Positions 39,359 to 51,481 of a stretch of 64,000 bases of DNA are shown piece after piece. Source of the DNA: Camelus ferus (taxonomy: Eukaryota); NCBI RefSeq assembly GCF_009834535.1, contig NC_045697.1, forward strand, positions 39,620,001 through 39,684,000, read 5' to 3'. A program made the position numbers and the translations under genes. Every line of letters begins with the position of its first letter. Position 1 is the first letter of the stretch. The notes under the pieces are model-generated. The model saw only the letters and a list, made by a program, of their open reading frames with translations. It was not told where the DNA came from and ran no database searches.

Positions 39359-40027
39359 AGACACCAAACCCCTGTGCTGTTTGAATTTGCGCAACAATGC
39401 TTTAATGCCCAGAGCTCCTCCATAAATAGTCTGTTCTCCCCACACTCGGGGTGAAAACAACCACAGGAAATCTGGGAATGTGCAGCTAGCCCCGCTTAAT
39501 TGATCTAAGCCTGCAGAACCAGCAGGAGAGCACGCGTGTACACAGCTTCTGCTCCGGGCCCTACAGGGCTGTTTACCTAAGGGGCACGGAAGTCTGCGTG
39601 CAGAAGACACCATGTTGCTTCCACAGCCCTAGCAACAGCAGTAGCTGGGGTTTTTTTTGTTGTTGTTTACAGTCTGGAGAGCCATACTCCTTTAGAGAAA
39701 CACAAACTCCTTTTCCCTCCTTCCTGGCCCCAGTCAGTACTCATCCAGACTGTCAGCTGCCTGCAGTTATCAGGAAGAACAGCCCTCGGAAATCATCTTG
39801 TCTCTGTCACAGAAGAAAAGTTGAAGGAGCGCAGATGGGCAGTCGCTTTTTGCATGCCAGTGGCCATCTAGCATCCAGGGGGCACCCAGCTATGATTCTG
39901 GTTTCCGTGCTGAGGACATCAGCAGCTGTGGCTGGGGAGGTTTCACCCAGCAGGAGAGGAACTGCTGCAGACATTCCTGGGTTTTGGTGAGCGGTAGAGA
40001 TTTGGGAACGTTGTGCTTTTGTTGCAG

Positions 40028-40175
40028 AGCCCGACCATGAAGATCCAGGAGCATCCCAGCCTACCTGACACCAAGCTGCAGAGGAGTCCCGATGCCGATG
40101 GCCAGCAGGAGAGCTTTGTCGCCGAAGTGCCTGAGCTGGACCTGACTGCATTGTGTGATGAGAAGAGCTGGGAAG
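40028..40175 (+). CDS. FAM13A: FAM13A coding exon F (148 nt, phase 0-1): SPTMKIQEHPSLPDTK...DLTALCDEKSWE
   Basis: Acceptor ttgcag|, donor G|gtaggg. Matches recalled human SPTMKIQEHPSLSDTK...DLTALCDEKNWE. Confidence 0.95.
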
Positions 40176-43100
40176 GTAGGGTCATCTGATATTTGGATGA
40201 TTTGCTATTGGAAAAGCATACATAAATTAGCTGAAATGAAAAGCATGTAACCGCGTGGATGTATGGGTGGGAGCGAGAGCTACGTGTGCAGAAGTAACTG
40301 CATTTCTAAATGATCAAAAGTCCCTCCCCTGGCAGAGGAATGTATCACGTTAAATGTTGCCAAGAGTAATTGCAATCTAAGGAAGAAAATGTGCTTGCCC
40401 TTTATCATAGTGTCACCTTGCAGTCCTTTTTTTTCTGTGTTTGACTCACCCCGAGTGCTGACATGTGAGTGCCTTTTCCCTCTAGGAGTGCCGACAGAGT
40501 GATGAGGAACTAACTGGTGTGCATTTAGGATTTGCTCTCAGTGTAACTAATCTTCCCCCCCATACATGTTAACCACCTACGTCCTTCAGTAACTCTCCTT
40601 CCCGTTTTTCAAAAGAAATATTTTGATTTGCTTTGCTTCTGTGTCTGTTTTTATGGATACGTTTTTAAAATCCAGGTTAGCAAACATAAGGGGTTTGCTT
40701 ATCAAAGAGAACACAGAATAACAAAGCGCTTCTTATTGAAAGCCTGTCATACCATGTTTGAGACTGGTTTTTCTAGAGATTTTTTTTTTCACAAAAACGT
40801 TAGAAATTCACTTCTGAGGAAGAAAAGGGTGTCCTGATCTTGTCAGAACTGTATTTCAGGCAGGCTCCTGCAGCAGCTCCGTCAAGCTGCTATTCTTTCA
40901 TTATGCATGTGTCTGCATCCACACATATATCAGTGTGTATCCAAAATAAATGCCCATCTGCCTCTAGACTGTATGTATGTTTGAAGACTCCAGAGAGGGA
41001 GAAATTGTGCTTCTGAATTCACGATAGCAGCCTGATTTAACGACTTAGCAGAGAGAATCACAACCATTAAAAAAAAAAAATCGATCTTTTAAAAAATCGC
41101 TTGGGTTTCCCTGTCTTCTGCCGCCGCCTTTTTTTAACCAGAAAGTCTTCATTATGTTAATGATCTTAGATGAAAGACCAAAAGATGATCTAAAAAAGAC
41201 TTCAAGGTGAAAAATAGTAGCCCCATTATGCGCCTTGCATCCAGGGCTTAGTGAAGTGAAAACAAACTGTTTTTTATTCTAATTCTCCCTCTTTGCAATC
41301 TAAGAACATGTTCCATTTCTTTTCATATAATTAGGCAATGGATCTGAGATGTAGTCAGATCTTCCCAGCTCATAATATGTCCACTGGGAAAAAATTCAGG
41401 GTTTTTGTTGTTTTGTTTTTAAGTGATCTTCCTGGGTAGTGTTTGTTGTTGTTCTTTTGTGTACTTTGAAATAATCAGATGTGCTTTTATTTCATACATT
41501 AAAAACAACCTTACCCCTCTCCTCAGAAAAGTCCCTGGTAGCCACTGTCACCCAAATTTAAAAAAAAAAAGAAGAATAGCAAGCAAATGCTATATTTGGG
41601 TTTCAATAATAAGGCCTCTTCAAATCTTAACATAAAGCTCTAGATAAGAACTAGGATTTTTGGTCCGAATTCAAACTAGCCACATTATCTTGATGATTTA
41701 CTCAGAAAAGGGGCAGGTAGATTCTTCCTCCTCCTATTGAGATGGACTCAGGTGCTTGATTATTTTTATCTTGGTTAATCATAAATGTAGTCTCTTGCAG
41801 CACACTGAGAGAGGCTAGGTATAAAGCTGAATTCTCTCCAGAGTGGTTGATAGCTAACTTAGAGTTTCCTTAAAACTATTTCACTACTTAAAGAACTTTT
41901 TGCCAGAGAAAAAAATAATGATATGACGGAACCAACATGTATTTTTTATTGAGAAACTTGATGAAATTTTTAAAGCTTATAGGAAGAAAAACTACATTTT
42001 AATAGGCTTGGGAATGTGAATTGTGTTATCCGTGTAATTTCTGAAATGACTTGCTTTAACTTTTTGGGGGGCCAATTGCTGCATTTATCATTGCACTTGT
42101 GTGTCTCAGAAATCTACGTGGATTCATTTCAAGGCTGTTTTGATCATTTGGTTACTGCTTTCAGTATATTTTTATTTACTTGTTTATTTTAAATGTCCAA
42201 GTTACATTACAGCAGTAATATAGCTGTCAGTATAGTCAAGAAAAAGGAATTTTTTCCTAAAGAGTAGTTAAGATGAAAGCAGTAAGTTCAATAATTAAAA
42301 TACCACCTTTTTCTGTTGCTTCAGTGAGAAACAAAATGGTGGCTTTCCAGCAAGGAAGGAACTTTGCACCAATTTAAACTGTGAATGTGAAACCAATGCA
42401 ACAGATTATATAAACAAAGTAATAATTACCAAAACCATATGAGCCAGTATCCATCTGTAATTCTCCATCACTGGTCTCCAGACCACCATATGGTATAACC
42501 CCCTCTTTTTGGTTTGCTTGTTTGTTCTCCATCCCAAGCCATAGTTCATACTCTCTGATTCTCGCAGAATTGTAGAATATTAGTTGAGACAGGACTTAAT
42601 GAGCAATATGCTGGTACTGACCTCTGCTGTGTATATTCCCACGTAGAAATGATGTTTTCTAGCTTCTGGGGCATATTGTATCAAGGAAACAAAAAGAGAA
42701 ATGGAACTAGTAATAGATTCCATAGGCTACATAGAGTGGAACCCTCTCAAACTGAACACAGGATCAGAGACTAATCATGCTGATTGACAGATCAGTTCTA
42801 CATGCCTTATCCTTTTTTCATCTAGCGTAGCCGTGTATTAGAGCACGTTATTTGACCTGTCCATGTGATGATGATAGTTAGGGTTTCAACTCTGCAAAAT
42901 TAAATGAATACACAACTCAAATGTACTGGTCTTTGTTATTTAAAGCCCTTGAACATTGCATAATTAGAATGTTCCTAATGAGCCAGTTCATGTTGATTTG
43001 GGGATACCATTTGTGGAAGTACTGAGATTTAAGCACTCAGCTAACTATTAGATTTGTCCTGGTGAAAATAAGTTTAAAAGAACATTTTTTAAAGAGCATA

Positions 43101-43334
43101 AAATACTTCAGATGTCTTTCTCATTACTTACTGCTTATTGAAAACAACTTCGGAAAGGAAATTCTCTTTAAAAATGACAGAGAAGCAAAGGATCTTAAAA
43201 AGATCTCCCAATGGAACCTTCCCATTATAGACATCAGAAAGTTCAGGTCCAAAAAAGCAAAATGATGATTCAAGAGATAACAGAGTCTCCTGACTTCCAC
43301 CCAGATGCCTCCTTCTAAGCAAGGCCAGTTAAGT

Positions 43335-43605
43335 GGATGGTGATGGTTAAGAGCCGGACACATGCTGGATTCAAATCCTGGCTCTCCTGCTTAATAGCTT
43401 TGTGGACGAGTAAGTCAGCATGTATCAGTCTGGGCCTCAGCTAGCCCGTATTTAAATAGGTGTAACAGTACGTAATAGGGCATAATGGCTATAGTAGCAT
43501 CTACTTAGCAAGTCTGTTGCAAGGATTAAATGAGCTACCGTATGCAGAGTGCTCAGCACAGCCACGTGATAGGCACTATGTGAGTGTTATTTGATGTTAT
43601 TACTA
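43335..43605 (+). mobile_element. MIR SINE
   Basis: 'ggttaagagc...ggattcaaatcctggctctcctgcttaatagct...aggattaaatgag...gtgctcagcacag'. Confidence 0.75.
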
Positions 43606-46600
43606 TCTTCCATCAATGTGTCCAAGTATAGTTTCAGGGAAAAAAACAGACAAAGTTTGCCTTTTTGAAACCAGAGCCCAGTTCTACCTAGTGAGTATGG
43701 ATGGCTCTCTGAACACATGAGAAAAATCGGTAATCACTAGGTCCATCTCAGCTCTACCAAGGACTAATTATGTCATGCCAACCTCCTTTCTTTCTGTCTT
43801 TTTTTTTTTCCAACTCTAGATCAGGGAGGTTGTGCATTTGAAAAGGCTCAGCGGGGTCTTGCCGGGGACTTGTGATAGCTTGTCACAGACACAGGAGGGG
43901 TGGAAGGCGGTCGGGAGGAGAGGGAATTAGTAACTGATGAGGAACCTACACGTCAACGTGCAGATTCCTGGGTCCAAATCAGCACGAACTGGGGAGCTCT
44001 CATTAGTCAAGTCCTCAGCCCTCCCGACTCCACACACTTTGGTGACTCAAATGGAGCACTGAGGGCCGGCTTATTAAATGTGACAAATAGAGGCACAGCA
44101 GATTTATGGAATTTAAGGATTAAATTTGGATTGATAAAGCTGGCTACTAAGGTTCCCTCTGACACTGATAGTTGGGCAAGACTATTGGAACAATGTAATA
44201 GGACAGCCATTGTTCTAAGGTTAAATTTTGGGACCCTAAGGAAGATTTGATGGAAGGATTCCCCCAGGAAGGGCCCTCCCCCACCCCATGGGGCTTACGT
44301 GTTTCTGTATCTGGGCTGTGGAAGAACCTCCAGCGCTACTGAGTAGCCTCCTTGAAAGACCGTGTGGCAGTGTGCCAAGTGGCAATGACTCTAAAGGACA
44401 TAAACAGAGATGGAGATGAGAGGGGAAAACATCAGCTCCCTTAGTTCCGTACAGATTTCTTAGAAATAAATCATCTCAGTAGCCAATTTTCTTTTGTGTA
44501 GTAAATGGATCCAGCCGGCTAAGCAGAGAGGAGCGGTGTCCCTGTGATCACATTAGCATTAGTCAGAGCCGCGGTCCCTCTTCCCACAGTGACACTCCTT
44601 TATTTCCATGTGTGCTGTAGTGTCTGAACTGGAACTCCCTCGGGACCTATTATTTTTTATTACTAAGGTAATAAAAGCATCCAGCTTTTATCTCTGTTAC
44701 TTCTGACCTGCTGTGATGTCAGCTAACCTGGGTGGATTAATTTTTAATAGACATGCCATACTTACGTCCAGAGTCCTTTGTGACGACCGTACCCGGGGAA
44801 TTCTGGTCCAGATGCGAAAACACATTTGTTTTATGTGGTCCTTTAAGATGAAAATCCAGTTCGAAGCCTCAGATCTTTTCTGTTTGCCTTTTGAATCATT
44901 TTCTTGCAGTTCCCTTTTTGGTTTCATTGCTCCAGAACTACTGATTAAAATATAACGTATTTCCCAAGCCAGCACTTGGGAATGGTTTAGTCAATACATC
45001 CTCAAACTGGGTCTCTACGCAGGTGGACATGCTATCCTGGACCACACTGTTGTTTTTGGTTTGTTTATGTCATTCTCTTTGAGTTGAGATAGCCTTGTAT
45101 TCTTAGATCATTTCAAACTAAAACAGAGGAATAGCTGGTCTTACTAATTCTGTAGTTTTGTTGAACTATGTATTACATGTAATTCTATAACTCTTTTGAA
45201 TAGGAGCCTTAAATGATCAGGCTGTGTAGAATAAAAGGACAGAGAGAAAAAGGAGAGAGAAATATAAGCATTTCACGTCGCATAGGTGAGAAACTTCACC
45301 TCTGTTCTACCTGCAGCTAATGATGAAACGTATCTTTTTATTTTGTTGAGGTTGAAATTCATAATGGTCTCATATTTCTCATTTTTACATAAGTGAATTT
45401 AAGAGACAGTGTCACCCATAAGCTAGAATTTCTTCAGTCATGTACTTCATAGATACCACTGGTGACACTAGGAAAAGGGCACATTTGGTCTTCTTGTCAG
45501 TGAAGTGTTGGGTCAGGAATGGAGCCACAAAGACAGCTGTGTTAACAAAAAAGAAATCAGTGGGATGTTAGCCTTGAAGCATCAGGTAAGCACAATTCAG
45601 TTGCAGGATTAGTATTTTATAATTAATTCAGGATCAGAAGTGTTTTTTTTTTTTTACTGAGATATATTTAGTTAGTAGTCACAAACATATACTGTATTTG
45701 CAAAAATTTTGGTACACTGAGATCACATAGTTAAACAGTTTAAAGCACAGGTTAATTGTGGTAGTTTTTAAGAGCTCTTCTGCTAGATTCAGACAGATTA
45801 AAGGGCTTCATGATCTAAAGAACACTTTTTCAAACTAAGGTTTGATGAGTAGAAATGTCAAACTAGCCAGCACACTCACACGCCAATGTCAACATCAGAC
45901 TTTGTCCCCCACCAACCACCGAGCCCTTCCCGGGGGTTCTGCTGCTTTGTCCTGCAGTGAGAGGGCTGCCTGCTGCATTGTTATTCCAGCCATCTTAACC
46001 CTTTCCCTGTCCTGGCTCCACTGATTTTAGTTCTTACAGAAAATTACTGCTGTCTTATGAAATACCATGAAAGAGAAGGTGTCATCTTGTTAGTTTAATA
46101 CTTCCACTTTCTGCAGCTGAAGACTACATTTTTACTGTTTTTCCGGGGATCACTTTCCACTCAGCCTCTCCTTCCCTCATCTCCCCTCGCCCCTCAGCCC
46201 ACCTGCACTTTTCCTTTTGGCAGTTCCAGTCTGAGCTCTTCATATTTGAGCCCTGCCACTTAGGAGAAGCCAGCCGATCGCGTTCGCACAAACGATGAAC
46301 AACTCTTCATCTCTCGTTTTAGCCAGGTCTACCTATAAGCATGCTCTTGGCTGCTTTTTGAGACCCAATAGGGAAGACTCTGTCTTTCACACTGCTTTCA
46401 TTTTTCAGAGTATTTATATTATCATCTGTGTTCCCAGATGATTTGATTGTCTTTCACTTTTGAGAACCTGTGGACATCATATCACATGCAGTTAACATTT
46501 TTTTAAATTAAAGTGCTTAACTCTCCTCCTACACTGCGGGGTCTTAAAACAGTTTGAGACGATCGCCCTTGTTCTTGAAGCGCCTGGCACATCCTAAGCT

Positions 46601-46722
46601 GAAGCAGTGTCCTGGAGGGCAGGAGGCTGAGTGTCCAGACCCAGTGCTTGTCGTTGATTAGGTGTTTGCTCTTGTCTTCCTTAGGTTTCAGTTTCCTTAT
46701 CTGTAATCTGTTGGGTTGAAAT

Positions 46723-46915
46723 CAGTGGTTCTCAGACTTGACTGCATTTTGGATCACTTGGGAAGCTTTTCAAAGTGTGTGTGTGTGTGTGTGTTACATA
46801 TCTGGACCCTCACCTCAAAATTCTGTCTAACTGGGTGGTGTGAGGACCTGTACATTAAGAGTTGTTTATATTTCCCTCCGTGATCCTAACATGCAGCCAG
46901 GGTTGGAAAATCATT
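46723..46915. mobile_element. MER5-like hAT element with an internal (GT)n, nested in a MIR remnant
   Basis: Starts 'cagtggttctcagactt' and ends 'tgatcctaacatgcagccagggttggaaaatcatt'. Confidence 0.7.
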
Positions 46916-48015
46916 AGATTAGGTGATGTATGAAGTTTTAACCAGCTTTAATGTTCTCTGATCTCAGTATGATCTCTTTAAATGAAATATTCAGTAAGCA
47001 CTTGTTTTAGATAATTTTATAGATTTTATAAATACTTGAAGATTGTTCCATGATTCAAACTGTAGGAATCCCAGAATTTAAGATCATGGTCAAATTCCAG
47101 CCCTGTGTAAATCACAGTATCCACAAGTGCATTTAAAGCATAACTTATTTTAATGAAAAGAGTGTTACAAATGAAATACCCTATATCATCTGAAATCTGT
47201 CCTTAAACTATGTTAGATAGGATTTTTTTAATGAGGAAAGGAATACATTGAGGTAGGTCTTGTAGTAAAAAGAAAAAAATATCAACGCATTCCTTTCTGA
47301 CATGACACATCAGGATTTTGTGCTGGGTTTTTTTCTTAAAGTTTGTCTAAAATAATTCATACTGGTTTGTCCTTGTAAGGCATTTTTTTTCTTTTTTGAC
47401 TGATTTGTGTATATATCTTACTTTAGCTGCAGTCTGAAGTAGTTTCTCAGGTTTCAAGTACAGAGCATGCATTTTATACATGCTAAATCCCAACCCGCTA
47501 AGCAGAAGCACACAAAACAGCTTACTGAATGACCTCCACAGAGGGTGCAAACTCCTAAATAAATGGGCTTTCGCAAGATTAATGTGATTCCTTAGCCTGA
47601 TTTCTTAGTTGTTTCAGTGAAGGATGTACAGCCGTGATGCCAGACCCCTCCCTCCCTGACACACATGCATTTCTGTTCCATAACGCCCTCACCTGGAGGA
47701 GTTCTTGTCAGTGATCTGCAGGGGAGGTTGGAAGCACACACCACTGGCTGTCCTTTTCCAAGGCTGTTCCTCAGTGCAGCCCTAGTGAATTCTCTTTTGA
47801 AAGCAAGTGAGGATGGAGATAGAAGGTAGATGATGTCTGTCAGGTAGATTTGGTGATTCTGGTCAGGGCACAGCCTCCGGAGTCTGAGCCTTAAATCTAC
47901 CATGTAAAACCGTTCAATGCCCCCTAAACTCAGTGCCTCCCAATGCACTCGGAAAACTTAGGCAACAACTGTGCTTTAAAGAACAATGTTGCCCTCTTAC
48001 CCTTGTTATTTCCAG

Positions 48016-48229
48016 AGCCCATCCCGGCTTTCTCCTCGTGGCCCCAGGAGAACGTGGACGCTGACGAAGCGCGCCTCTCCCCGCAGGCGGGGCGCCTGAT
48101 TCGGCAGCTCCTGGATGAGGACAGCGACCCCATGCTGTCTCCCCGCTTCTATGCCTACGGGCAGAGCCGGCAATACCTGGACGACACTGAAGTGCCTCCT
48201 TCTCCCCCCAATTCCCATTCCTTCATGAG
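48016..48229 (+). CDS. FAM13A: FAM13A coding exon G (214 nt, phase 1-2): (E)PIPAFSSW...LSPQAGRLIRQLLDEDSDPMLSPRFYAYGQSRQYLDDTEVPPSPPNSHSFM
   Basis: Acceptor tttccag|, donor AG|gtacgt. ORF 47943..48251 is near-identical to recalled human FAM13A. Confidence 0.97.
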
Positions 48230-48715
48230 GTACGTTTCTTTATGTTGCTGATTCGCAAATGCATCGTCCCTGTAACAGGAGGAAGAATAGGACTGTTGCT
48301 GATGGCCAGTAATTTTTTTTTTTCATTGAGTTGTAAGTATAGGGAGGAACAGACTTGAAAGCCTCCGTCCTAGTACACAGGCTCGGTTGTAATCTTCCAC
48401 TTGACCTGTGGCCCAGCTACAGCATCACAGACTGAATTTCCATGAGCACCTCCTTTCCAAAGCGCTCTCAGATTTAACTTTGAGCCCATTGTGCACATTT
48501 CAGTCCTAGGTTTCCCAAGTGTAAAAAGTGCGCTGGAGAAGATTGGACCTATTTAATAGGGAGGACATACAGAGGTCAAGGTCACAAAATGAATTGGCCG
48601 TCAGCTTTCCTTTATTTGAGAAGACGGACCCCGTTTGGATCCCCCGCCCCCGCCTTGCCGCACCCCTCATCCTCAGAGCCCCTCCAGGCGGCCGCGCACG
48701 CTAGTGGGAAGCTGA

Positions 48716-48916
<201 letters not shown>

Positions 48917-49587
48917 TGACACGCGGGGCCAGTGCATCAACAGCTCAGAGAAGTGATAACGGTGAAGGGAGATTTCCAGGGAATCTCACAACAGAAAGGC
49001 AGTACAAACTGGGGAATAAACCTGATAAACCCCAGACATCATGGATCAGCATTTTCCTCGCCCAAGTGTATCCTTAGCAAGTGAATTGAATGCTTTCGTC
49101 AATGTTTAACAAATTAATTCGTGAGCAGGGATAGGAGAAATCATTTAATGGAGTCTTTTGTTTGGCTAAAATCTTAATTCAAGATTATCTTCTAAAATTT
49201 TATTAGTACGAACCTCATTCTACTCTCTCTAGCATTTCCCACAAGAGTGGCAAAAAGGCATTTTTCTTGATTACTGTAATGTGAAATATCGCATACCTCT
49301 CTGCTTTCTGTTCTGTTAGCCTGAACAGTCCAAATCACGGAAAAGGGACCATGGACCATATAGAAGTCCATGATCATGAAAATTTCACATTTTGCCTCTG
49401 AGAAATTCTTGGAAAGAATCAAAAATAACCAAATGTAAAGAAGGATAATGGAATTACACCTGTGAAGTTGCTCTGATTGATTATGGTTCATTTATTATTC
49501 CACTGGGACTCAACTTTTCCTTCCTGTAAGCAAACTCATGGTCAAACTCTTCTTTTTCCTGCCACAATTCCAAAACACTTACTCTAG

Positions 49588-49689
<102 letters not shown>

Positions 49690-50530
49690 TAAAGTTCTAG
49701 ACCGATGGCATGGTCTCCAGACAACAAGCCAGGTGCAGAAGCCACCATCTCAGTGCATGTTAAGTGCCACTCACCACTAAAATATTCCAAGAAAGATAAG
49801 TTCCCTGAAGTTGCTTCCCAGGGCTCTCCATATTCAGGAGAGACTTCCCCCCATGTCTTCCCATGGCTGTAATCGCAGGGGAACCCAGATCAGCTAAGAT
49901 GCAAAATCTGCAGCATTTTTTTATTTCCCTAAATTTCCAGCATAATGATGATGGTTTCAACTCAGCACTTACTAGGTACTTGTTTAACAAGGCTGTATGT
50001 ATTTGCCATGGAGTTAGGAGAAGACATATTGACACTGATGAAAATGAAAAGGGTTTGGTCCCTGTCCCTCAAAGAACTTGCTGTCTTTTCGGAGATAGAG
50101 CCATGCAAACAACTAAACAGAACATAAAGTGAAAATCATTCCAAAATGAGGTTTATAAGCCATACAAAGTTGGCCAATACTTGGGCACTCAATCTGTAAA
50201 TACCTGTGGATGGCAAGGGAATCAGTATAGGAGGACATCCGCCACATTCTGAGAACAGTGAACAGGTTGGGGTGGCTAAAGCCTGGATGCTAAAGAGCTA
50301 AAGCTTTCTCAGGAATTAGGGTTAGGAAAACATTCCAGATAATCCAGGAAGACATGATCATTTTCTTGGGTTTTACATAATAACCCAGGGATTTCTACTA
50401 ATATTATAATTAGATACTTTCTGGGGGGAAAAAAGTCGGGGCTAAGTAGTTGTTAACACCACAGAAAAACAGTCTGGGTTCAGCAGACATCAATTCCCAT
50501 ATGTCTCCACCCCTAACTCTTTCCGGCTAG

Positions 50531-50751
50531 AGTCAAAACTGAAGATATCAGAAGAGGACCTAACCCCCAGGATGCGGCAGCGAAGCAACACGCTCCCCAA
50601 GAGTTTTGGTTCCCAGCTTGAGAAAGAGGATGAGAAGAAGCAAGAGCTGGTAGATAAAGCAATAAAGCCTAGTGTGGAGGCCACGCTGGAATCTATTCAG
50701 AGGAAGCTCCAGGAGAAGCGGGTGGAAACCAGCCGTCCTGAGGATATTAAG
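50531..50751 (+). CDS. FAM13A: FAM13A coding exon J (221 nt, phase 1-0): (E)SKLKISEEDLTPRMRQRSNTLPKSFGSQ...SRPEDIK
   Basis: Acceptor ggctag|, donor AAG|gtgtga. ORF 50572..50757 carries the FAM13 RQRSNTLPKSFG motif. Confidence 0.97.
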
Positions 50752-51397
50752 GTGTGATTCTCTGAAGGCCCCAAGCTAACTGCTAATCCTCAAGCATTCC
50801 AGTCAGCCTGGTGGAAATTCAGGGCATGCCCCAGGATCCCAGTGGGAAGGGCGATAGAGCAGTGCCTTTTTAGACCTCCCACCCCCTCATCTTCCACACT
50901 CCGTGATGTCCTGAGATGCAAATGAAACAACCCCAGAGAGTGTTAACTGTAAGCACTTTGGGTTTTGACTACCCACTACAGTGAAAGCAGAAAACCCTAT
51001 CATACAGGTTGCAGAATGGACTTGTTTAGGTTAAAAGACTGGTGACTCTCTGAGGTGGGAGGATTATAGACAAACCTTTGGGAATGTGTTTCCTGCAACT
51101 GTAGTCATTGCTTCAGCCATTAGGCTAAGCCCTGTGTGCCTCACAGCCTGGCTTACCTGAGTATTCAGCATGCCTTTGCTGTCTCTTGGGAGGTGAGTAC
51201 CAGTAGGCGATGCTTCTGCAAAGCTATATTTCTAGCAAGAGGTCAGGAATAGCTCATGCCTATAGTGAGCTTTGGGTAGAGCTAGGGAGAGCAGTTATCT
51301 AAGATTCTTTTTAACTTCGGAAAATTTGTATAACAAAAGTTGGGCTGTTCATAAGTGTTTTCCCCTCTCTCATTTCTCTATCCTTGTGTTCATACAG

Positions 51398-51481
51398 GAT
51401 ATGACCAAAGACCAGATTGCTAATGAGAAAGTAGCCCTGCAGAAAGCTCTGCTGTATTACGAAAGCATTCATGGACGGCCG
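51398..51481 (+). CDS. FAM13A: FAM13A coding exon K (84 nt, phase 0-0): DMTKDQIANEKVALQKALLYYESIHGRP
   Basis: Acceptor catacag|, donor CCG|gtatgt. Lies within ORF 51272..51565. Confidence 0.97.

Noticed and set aside
39980..40027. GTGAGC donor-like site at 39987 upstream of exon F
   Set aside because: It would define an intron of only about 41 nt, below the usual mammalian minimum.
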